Virus record (IMG/VR): IMGVR_UViG_3300046779_000966
Location: 1 to 35,945 of that record
From: a virus
Taxonomy: Duplodnaviria > Caudoviricetes
Length of the DNA stretch: 35,945 bases
Strand: one strand, 5' to 3'
Under the pieces are notes generated by a model. It was not told where the DNA came from and ran no database searches. It was given only the letters and a program-made list of their open reading frames with translations. Below are positions 27,508 through 34,383 of the stretch, one piece after another. How positions within the stretch are numbered: position 1 is the stretch's first letter; every line of letters starts with the position of its first letter. The translations under genes were made by a program, and so were the position numbers.

Positions 27508-27537
27508 GGGCAGTTTACGTAGACATGCCCAGGTCGT
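27508..27537 (-). ncRNA. repeated 3'-UTR pseudoknot, copy F
   Basis: GAC-CT-GGGCA-T-GTC-TACG-TAAAC-TGCCC. Confidence 0.55.
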
Positions 27538-27568
27538 TTTTCGTAGGGGGAAAGAAAGGATAAGAACC

Positions 27569-27997
27569 CTACGAGGTCTTGTTACTCCAGATGACATCTG
27601 AACTGTAGTCAACAATGTCTTCATGGCTTACAGCAAAGTCAAAGTCCCAGTCTGGGTCAACCTCGCTGTCAATGCTGTGCTCAACCTCAATTGTAAACGT
27701 TACATTTACTTCATAGGTTGCGGTCTTGGTCAATTCAATATCAAGATTATCAGCAATGTGCTTGATAGTCTCAAGGTCGTGGTCCTCAACTGCTTCGGTT
27801 AGGACGTTCTTTACACGCTCCTCATACTTCCACTTTTCCTGACGGATTTCACGAATGCGTTGCTCTGACTTTTCCATTGCGTCGCTCTGGGCAGACACAA
27901 GGCTCTCAAGGTTAGAAATCTGCGCCTTCAGGCTCTGAAGCACAGGGTGCTCACTTGCTACAGTGTTGTCAATGATTGCGTTCTCAAAGTTTTCCAT
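27569..27997 (-). CDS. hypothetical coiled-coil, acidic protein
   Basis: AAGGA RBS before MENFEN. Confidence 0.8.
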   Translation of the reverse strand: MENFENAIIDNTVASEHPVLQSLKAQISNLESLVSAQSDAMEKSEQRIREIRQEKWKYEERVKNVLTEAVEDHDLETIKHIADNLDIELTKTATYEVNVTFTIEVEHSIDSEVDPDWDFDFAVSHEDIVDYSSDVIWSNKTS

Positions 27998-28051
27998 GTT
28001 GTTCCTTTTCTTTTTGGTGATACGTCTAATTATAGCGAGGGGGTCAGACAT

Positions 28052-28255
28052 TTAGTCCTCCAGCCACTCCGATACATCTTGTCCGTCAAGGAATGCCTGC
28101 GCAAACTTGATACGCTGATAGTCTGGTAGTTCACCTAGGATTTCTAGATACTCTTCTGGAAAGTCACTTAGGCTAGTGATTAGGATGTCGTCGCCACCAT
28201 AGTTACCGTCAGCGGTAATGTACAGTAGGTTTCCTGATAGTTTGTCGTATGCCAT
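28052..28255 (-). CDS. hypothetical protein (DGNYG motif)
   Basis: ORF track; own promoter. Confidence 0.7.
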   Translation of the reverse strand: MAYDKLSGNLLYITADGNYGGDDILITSLSDFPEEYLEILGELPDYQRIKFAQAFLDGQDVSEWLED

Positions 28256-28380
28256 GGGGTTCCTTTTCTTTTGATATATCTATTATGAGGCATAGCTCCG
28301 ACATTGTCAAGCTTTTTCGGGAAAAATCTTAATCGTGTCGTAAATAGGTCGATCTGCGCAGAGCGCCCCCGAAGGGGTAC

Positions 28381-28503
28381 TCAAGTGGTACAGACCAAAA
28401 CAAGTACAACAAAAACAGTGATTAGCCAAGGTAGCGTGAATATCATAGCAATGATATCCATACTGCTTCTAAATGGCTCTTCGGGCATCTCTTCTCTATC
28501 CAT
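28381..28503 (-). CDS. small membrane peptide (40 aa)
   Basis: AAGGA RBS; C-terminal hydrophobic stretch. Confidence 0.5.
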   Translation of the reverse strand: MDREEMPEEPFRSSMDIIAMIFTLPWLITVFVVLVLVCTT

Positions 28504-28512
28504 TACCTATCC

Positions 28513-29232
28513 TTACTTTTTACTTGCCGAAAACAGAATGTCGTTGCGAGAGAATACGCATTGCGAACACAACACACAGGCAGAACCTTTATCGGTAATC
28601 AGTTTCAACTTGCGGTTGTTCTCAGGGCAAGGAACAGCAGACTTATCCTGAATAGCCTTGAAATCCTCTTTACCCTCGGCAAAAGTGTTAGCAAGGTATG
28701 CCAACTTGATACCATACTGCTTCTTCAACTTGATACCTAATGCTCGGTTAGCAGCGTCAGTTGAGAAATACAAACCTAGGTTTTCAATTCCAACTAGGTG
28801 TGGAACAGCAAAGTCGCTTCTGGTGTAAACCCAAAACTGAACATCCTTGTGCTTTAGGATTACATCACGCCAAGCCATTACATAAGTCTCATTGAAAAAG
28901 TCGCCATCCCAATGGATACGGAACAACTTCTCGGCATTACGCTTCTCGCAATCCTTGTTGAAATCAGTAATCATCTCGTCTAGCAGGTTATACATAGTTA
29001 GGTAATCAGCGTTTACCAATTGCTCATAGTTGCTCACTAGGATGTTGCGAACACCCTTGTATACCTTCTCAAGTTTGCCAGCGTAGCACATCTTCTCGCA
29101 AACCGAGGTAGCCCCAGGGCAGGAATAAGCCTTGCCAGCAGGTAAACCAAAAGTGTTAGCAATAGTAGGTGTCTTGCCATTAGGTGATACAGCGTTAGTA
29201 ACTTTGCGGTCTTTGCTTCTGATAAGTGCCAT
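28513..29232 (-). CDS. Gp88-like protein (radical-SAM-like Cys motif)
   Basis: FGLPAG..SCPGA...C...CYA, FRIHWDGDF, W.YTR, C..C..C. Confidence 0.75.
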   Translation of the reverse strand: MALIRSKDRKVTNAVSPNGKTPTIANTFGLPAGKAYSCPGATSVCEKMCYAGKLEKVYKGVRNILVSNYEQLVNADYLTMYNLLDEMITDFNKDCEKRNAEKLFRIHWDGDFFNETYVMAWRDVILKHKDVQFWVYTRSDFAVPHLVGIENLGLYFSTDAANRALGIKLKKQYGIKLAYLANTFAEGKEDFKAIQDKSAVPCPENNRKLKLITDKGSACVLCSQCVFSRNDILFSASKK

Positions 29233-29357
29233 TGGGGTTGCCTTTCTTTACTTGTTTATTTTAGCAGTAGGGTCAGACATTTATAGTATTTCGGGGCAAA
29301 ATATTTTCGTGTCGTAAACCGATCCTCAGCTGCGTGGGCGCTCCCCGAAGGGAGAGG

Positions 29358-29666
29358 TTAGTCCTCTAGACCTTCCTCGTCAAGTTCAACCCATGACTGA
29401 AGGTGGTGTCCTTCGATGATTGCCCATGCTGGAGCGGTATCCTGACCACGCCAAGTAATCTGGAATGGCTTACCATTTCGCTCACCATCAAAAGGCAAGT
29501 CAATCTCCTTGTCCCAGTCACCCTCAAGGGCAGCGTCAATAGCCTCAACGCATGGCTGAATCATGACTAGGGGAACAGGTGGATAGTGGTTTGAACGCAA
29601 GTGCCATGCTAGACCATCTTCGATAGTCATTAGTTCTGCCATCTCTGCTGCTTGAAGTGAACCCAT
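29358..29666 (-). CDS. hypothetical protein (HL..NHYPPVP...HHL..W)
   Basis: ORF track; own promoter. Confidence 0.8.
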   Translation of the reverse strand: MGSLQAAEMAELMTIEDGLAWHLRSNHYPPVPLVMIQPCVEAIDAALEGDWDKEIDLPFDGERNGKPFQITWRGQDTAPAWAIIEGHHLQSWVELDEEGLED

Positions 29667-29716
29667 TAGTTTCCTACTTTCTTTAGATAGTTATAGATTA
29701 GCATGAGGGTCAGACA

Positions 29717-29914
29717 TTATTTGCCTGCCCACACCGCCCTGCCTGTTTCCTCTAGAAACTCAAAGTCTTCCTCAAACAAAACTTGGTCTTCTGGCAAGCC
29801 AACTAGGTGAGGTGGGATGTCATCGAAAACAACTCGGTAACTAGCAAGAGCTTGCTCCTCGCTGTTTGCGTTTACTCTGTATCTGCGTGTTAGCTCTATC
29901 TCGAATTCTGGCAT
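29717..29914 (-). CDS. hypothetical protein
   Basis: GAAAGG RBS; own promoter. Confidence 0.7.
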   Translation of the reverse strand: MPEFEIELTRRYRVNANSEEQALASYRVVFDDIPPHLVGLPEDQVLFEEDFEFLEETGRAVWAGK

Positions 29915-29958
29915 TGGTATCCTTTCAGTTAGTTAGACTTTACCATAGGGGTATGACA

Positions 29959-30087
29959 TTATAGATAGTCAATGATGTCGCCATCGAAACCCATTACATC
30001 TAGGTCTGCCATTACCTGTGAATAAGAAATCTCTCCAGCCTGTGCCAACTCAAAAAGTTCCATTACATCTGGGTCTAGTTCGTTCAT
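29959..30087 (-). CDS. small acidic protein (42 aa)
   Basis: GAAAGG RBS; own promoter. Confidence 0.6.
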   Translation of the reverse strand: MNELDPDVMELFELAQAGEISYSQVMADLDVMGFDGDIIDYL

Positions 30088-30207
30088 TGGGGTTCCTTTC
30101 GTTGATAGATAAATTATTACACACCCCTCTGACATTTATTTCGGGGAAAAAGATCTTAGCATCGTAACTAAGCTATCCAGCTGGGCGGAGCGCCCCGAAG
30201 GGGAGGA

Positions 30208-30651
30208 TTACTCCTCCTCCTCCTGAGAGTCATCATAGCAATCACGACACATACCCTCGTCATAGATGTCATCATCACCGCACTTGTCGCAACGCTCGGT
30301 CTGGCAGTCCCAACCATCACAGTTTTCCTCGCCACACTCAAGGCACTCGTCAAACTCTCTAGCACCCTGCTCAATTAGAGTTTCAAAGCCGAGGTTTGGG
30401 TCTTCCCCATTTGGCATAGTTGAAACTGCTTCAACAAACTTCAAGCCACAACTCTCGGCATACCAATGCTTGACAGTTTCCAACATCTCACTAGCAGACA
30501 TCTCGCTCTTAGAGATTAGTGGGTCATAGTCATACTCTTTCATCTTGACCATCTGCTGGTCATCCATCAGGATGTAAATCTTGTGGCAGGTATCGAAAGC
30601 AATACCCTTAGCCTCGTCAATGCGGTCTTCGACCAAATCCCAATCCAACAT
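30208..30651 (-). CDS. acidic protein with C-terminal Cys-rich Zn fingers
   Basis: FDTCHKIY, SCGLKF, several CxxC. Confidence 0.8.
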   Translation of the reverse strand: MLDWDLVEDRIDEAKGIAFDTCHKIYILMDDQQMVKMKEYDYDPLISKSEMSASEMLETVKHWYAESCGLKFVEAVSTMPNGEDPNLGFETLIEQGAREFDECLECGEENCDGWDCQTERCDKCGDDDIYDEGMCRDCYDDSQEEEE

Positions 30652-30830
30652 TAGTTGTTTCCCTTCATTACATCCAAAACCTCGTTTGCTCCGTCTGCCT
30701 TGCCAACAGCATAAGCGTAGTCAAAAATCTGACGGATGTTCACAATGGTGTAGATAGACACATCGTGCTTGTCTGCCAACTCCTGAATAGGGTTGTAGTA
30801 GTCGAAGAACTCTTGCTCTTGCTTGGTCAT
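30651..30830 (-). CDS. hypothetical protein (59 aa)
   Basis: AAGGA RBS; own promoter; coupled to the next gene. Confidence 0.65.
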   Translation of the reverse strand: MTKQEQEFFDYYNPIQELADKHDVSIYTIVNIRQIFDYAYAVGKADGANEVLDVMKGNN

Positions 30831-30881
30831 TGGGTATCCTTTCTTAGATACTTAGATTATACGACAGGGGTCAGACATTTA

Positions 30882-31052
30882 TTAGTAAGACTCAGAGATA
30901 GCCTTACGCTTGTTGCTCTGACGGCTTCCCTTATACTTAGCAGGGGTAGCAACAATGTGTGGTGATAGCATTAGGCTCTGGAACAATTCCTTGCTCTCTG
31001 CCTTACGCCTTGCTTCATTAGCCTTGCCTAGTGGCTTTCTATTCTTCTTCAT
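30882..31052 (-). CDS. small basic protein
   Basis: Leaderless MKKNRK...KYKGSRQ. Confidence 0.65.
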   Translation of the reverse strand: MKKNRKPLGKANEARRKAESKELFQSLMLSPHIVATPAKYKGSRQSNKRKAISESY

Positions 31053-31150
31053 ACTAATAAGTATACAGGACACCTCAGACATTTATGGGATTTCGGGAGA
31101 TTTTTCGTAACCTTCGTAAATCGATCGATCGAGCTGGGGGGCGCTTCCTC

Positions 31151-31345
31151 CTAGTCGAAAGCATACCTAGAAGCATACATCTCACCGATGGCTGCTTCCT
31201 CTGCCAGCCGTGCCTCAGCACGAGCACGAGCCTGCTTCTCAGCAGGGGTGAGGGCTGCCTCCTCAGCAGCAATCTCCTCCTGCCAAGAGAGGAAGTCCTC
31301 CCACTCCTGGGCTTGCTCTTCTGGGGTCATCTCTGATAGGAACAT
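31151..31345 (-). CDS. small helical acidic protein
   Basis: AGAAAGG RBS; TTGATT-N17-TAAGTT upstream. Confidence 0.7.
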   Translation of the reverse strand: MFLSEMTPEEQAQEWEDFLSWQEEIAAEEAALTPAEKQARARAEARLAEEAAIGEMYASRYAFD

Positions 31346-31500
31346 AGTTCACCTTTCTTTCTAAGATAAACTTAGCATAGATCTGGGGGAAAATCAAGTC
31401 GTGTCGTAAATAATTTGTAACAAATAGATCACGATCGGGAGCGCTCGGCACAACATCTAGTAGCAAGCTTGGTTATTGCCACTAGATATTGTGTTACCGT

Positions 31501-31620
31501 TTAGAACGGAGGCTTGTTTTGGTCTAGACCCTTGCGGAAACCGATGCCGTGAGCCAGAAGGTATACTACGCTAACAAGGATGATGTCGATTAGGAGGTTA
31601 AAGCCGTTGTAAAAAATCAT
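31501..31620 (-). CDS. small membrane peptide (39 aa)
   Basis: GAAGGGA RBS; own promoter; one TM. Confidence 0.6.
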   Translation of the reverse strand: MIFYNGFNLLIDIILVSVVYLLAHGIGFRKGLDQNKPPF

Positions 31621-31722
31621 TTCAGTTCCCTTCGTTTGATGACTCTAGGATACCACGAGTATCCGACAACATCAAGTCAATTTTGAAAATTAGTTCCTCA
31701 AGTTCCTCAACGCTTAGTTTGC

Positions 31723-31893
31723 TCATTTCTGAACCTCCATCTCTTCAACCATCTTAGCAATTCTTTGGGCAGTTGGCAAGTCCACATTTGGCAAAAGCAT
31801 ACCAAGCATTCTGGCGTATGGGAAATCAGCCTTAGTCTTGAGAACCTCTAGGGTCTTGTCCAATAGGTCGTGTGCCTCTTTGCTGTAACTCAT
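31723..31893 (-). CDS. hypothetical protein (56 aa)
   Basis: AAGGA RBS; own promoter. Confidence 0.65.
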   Translation of the reverse strand: MSYSKEAHDLLDKTLEVLKTKADFPYARMLGMLLPNVDLPTAQRIAKMVEEMEVQK

Positions 31894-31943
31894 TTATTCC
31901 TTCTTTCTAACTTATCTAAAATCTATCACAGGGGTCTGACATT

Positions 31944-32147
31944 TTAGTATTTGGCATAGCCAATGCTAATACCATACTTCCAGCCCTTGATACTTGGGTG
32001 GCTCAAGATAGCGTCAACCTGCTCTTGGCTTGATACAGGGAACTTGTGAACGGTGAACATCTCTAGTGGCTTGCCGTCATTACGCAAAGCCCAATCACGA
32101 ATGTTCTCGCCACGCTTGGTCACAATCAGGGTATTGAACTCGAACAT
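31944..32147 (-). CDS. hypothetical protein
   Basis: GAGG RBS; own promoter. Confidence 0.7.
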   Translation of the reverse strand: MFEFNTLIVTKRGENIRDWALRNDGKPLEMFTVHKFPVSSQEQVDAILSHPSIKGWKYGISIGYAKY

Positions 32148-32268
32148 CTATTACCTCTTTCTCTAACTACTAAAACACTACCATACCCCTCCGACATTTA
32201 TTGGGACATTTCTGGGCGTGTCGTAAATTGCTTCGTAACTGGGATCTTTTTTTCGGGGCGCTCCGAGA

Positions 32269-32367
32269 CTACCCCTCCCAAGGGTAGTAGTCTGGAGCCT
32301 CTAAGCCATAAGGCTGATAGACATCTGAGTCACAGCCACAGCAAGGGCGGTCTTCACATTGGCACAT
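32269..32367 (-). CDS. 32-aa Cys-rich peptide MCQCEDRPCCGC...
   Basis: AAGGAG RBS; own promoter. Confidence 0.65.
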   Translation of the reverse strand: MCQCEDRPCCGCDSDVYQPYGLEAPDYYPWEG

Positions 32368-32417
32368 AGGTTCTCCTTCGGGGTTGATAGAACAAATCTA
32401 GCATAGGGGGTGGACAT

Positions 32418-32555
32418 TTATTTGATTTTTTCCCAAGACACAATCCAGCCGTGGTCAAAAGCCATCTTGACCCAATCCAAATTCTTTGCGGTGTTCTCAA
32501 TAACCTGCTTGGTGTTGCTAGGGGTAACGATTTCGATGTGTGTGTATTTGCTCAT
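32418..32555 (-). CDS. small hypothetical protein (45 aa)
   Basis: Leaderless after promoter. Confidence 0.6.
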   Translation of the reverse strand: MSKYTHIEIVTPSNTKQVIENTAKNLDWVKMAFDHGWIVSWEKIK

Positions 32556-32668
32556 AAGAATAAACTAGCATAGGGTTCGGACATTTATTTTGGGAGATCG
32601 TACACTGCTATCGTAACTAAGATCGATCCAGCTGCCGAGCGCCTGCGTCGGGCGTGTCGCCCTAGCGG

Positions 32669-32860
32669 TTACCATTTCCTGGTTGAACCCATTGACTTGG
32701 CTAGTCTGGTCAGTAGGGTCAGACGGCGAGACTCCTCTTCCGTGATGTCCCAATCCAATACCTCTTCGGCATACTTGAGTAGTGACTCCAACTCAGTCTC
32801 GATTTCTGCGAGGGTAGAGCCAGTTCCGATGTATGGGTTGAAAACTAGTGACTTGAACAT
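32669..32860 (-). CDS. hypothetical protein
   Basis: AGAAAGGA RBS; own promoter. Confidence 0.7.
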   Translation of the reverse strand: MFKSLVFNPYIGTGSTLAEIETELESLLKYAEEVLDWDITEEESRRLTLLTRLAKSMGSTRKW

Positions 32861-32910
32861 TAGTTATCCTTTCTTTCTAAAACTAATCTAGCATTAGGGT
32901 CAGACATTTA

Positions 32911-33075
32911 TTAGAGGTAGTCTAACAAGTCTACGCCTAAATACTCTTCGGTGTGAGAGGTGAACGGCATTAGTCCGTCATACTCGTTACACTCAGGGCA
33001 GAGGTAAGCATAGGTTGTGTTGTAGCAGTAAGCACAGATACGGAGGTCTGCGTCTACATTCTCAAACTTGTTCAT
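32911..33075 (-). CDS. small Zn-finger protein (C..C...C..CNEYDG)
   Basis: GAAAGGA RBS; own promoter. Confidence 0.7.
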   Translation of the reverse strand: MNKFENVDADLRICAYCYNTTYAYLCPECNEYDGLMPFTSHTEEYLGVDLLDYL

Positions 33076-33123
33076 TTCATTTCCTTTCGATTTACTACAA
33101 ACTTAGCATAGGGGTCAGACATT

Positions 33124-33273
33124 TTAGTAGGTCTTGTTGAATTGTAGGTCTGCCCAAACCCTCCACTGAACAGGGTGGATTTCTGCTTCCCTGTCCTGCT
33201 TGATTAGGTCTAGAATGTAGCGGTAGAATTCTTTTTCGCTCTTGGTCATTCTTGGCTTACGGGTCTTGTTCAT
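33124..33273 (-). CDS. small hypothetical protein (49 aa)
   Basis: AGAAAGG RBS; own promoter. Confidence 0.65.
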   Translation of the reverse strand: MNKTRKPRMTKSEKEFYRYILDLIKQDREAEIHPVQWRVWADLQFNKTY

Positions 33274-33457
33274 CTGATACCTTTCTTTCTAACTACTACA
33301 AACCTAGCACATAGGTCTGACATTGTCAATACTATTTTGGTAACAAATTGATAACATTCTGGGGGATCTAGATCTAGTGTCTTAAAGCTCGTAAGCTACT
33401 AGATCTTGGGGTCGGGCGCTCCGAAAGCGTGGACTTGTCAAGTCGACACGCCGTTAT

Positions 33458-33676
33458 CTAAGCAAGTTCCTCTTCGGTCAGAGGCTTGCGAAGACCTTGG
33501 GCTAGGAAGCGTTCAAAGTGATACATCTTCTCAGCCGAGGAAGCAACGAAGACCACGCCTTTACGCTTAGCGAAAAAGTCCATTGCTGGGTGACCATACA
33601 TAGCAACCTGAACACCTCGGTACACAGTGCCGTCAGCGGTTCTACCTGTTACAACCCATTCAATTCCATTAGCCAT
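33458..33676 (-). CDS. hypothetical protein
   Basis: AAGGA RBS; own promoter. Confidence 0.7.
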   Translation of the reverse strand: MANGIEWVVTGRTADGTVYRGVQVAMYGHPAMDFFAKRKGVVFVASSAEKMYHFERFLAQGLRKPLTEEELA

Positions 33677-33930
33677 TTGTTTTCCTTTTCTTTTGATAAA
33701 TCTATTCTATTGTGGGGGTGTGACATTGAGATGTATTCTACATTGCTCTCACGTCGTTACGACCAGCGGTATCTCTAAAGCCACTGCTCCTGCTCTTTGT
33801 TTCCATACCTATAACTTAGCATATACCACCGACATTTATCAAGGGAGATCGTAGTATCTACGTAACAGAATGATAACGATCCGAGCGCTCCGAAGTGGTC
33901 AGTTTGTCAAGCTGACCCTTGGGCGTGTCG

Positions 33931-34089
33931 TTAGCATTTACACCTAACAACCTCAATGTGGTCCTTGTAGACCTTGATAGCAGCGAGGGTAGAGCAAGTC
34001 TGACACGCAATAACACTAAGCTTAGGCAACTTACCCAATACACGCTTAGTCATTACCGCCTTAGTCAGCATAGCCAATCCGAATCCCAT
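33931..34089 (-). CDS. small basic Cys-containing protein
   Basis: AGAAAGGA RBS; CQTC...CKC. Confidence 0.65.
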   Translation of the reverse strand: MGFGLAMLTKAVMTKRVLGKLPKLSVIACQTCSTLAAIKVYKDHIEVVRCKC

Positions 34090-34137
34090 AGTTGTATCCT
34101 TTCTTGATACTATTAGTTTAGGTGAGGGGTCTGACAC

Positions 34138-34383
34138 TTATGCGTGAGCAGAGCAAACATAGAATGAGTCAATGTCCTCAACCATACGCTTGCCAGACTT
34201 TGACCAACGAGGACGAGCATAGGTTACCTTAGCAACAACAGTGTCGTCACAGTTACAGCAAGGGCAGTCGTCATAGGACTGGCAACCCCAACCCTCAACC
34301 GATACTGACTCACGAGCAATCTCAGTCCACTCAAAGAAACCAAAGTTCCTCATCTCGTTTAGTGTGTATCCCTTGGTAGCCAT
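34138..34383 (-). CDS. Cys-rich protein (CQSYDDCPCCNC...C..H); first gene of the array
   Basis: GAAAGGA RBS; own promoter. Confidence 0.7.
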   Translation of the reverse strand: MATKGYTLNEMRNFGFFEWTEIARESVSVEGWGCQSYDDCPCCNCDDTVVAKVTYARPRWSKSGKRMVEDIDSFYVCSAHA

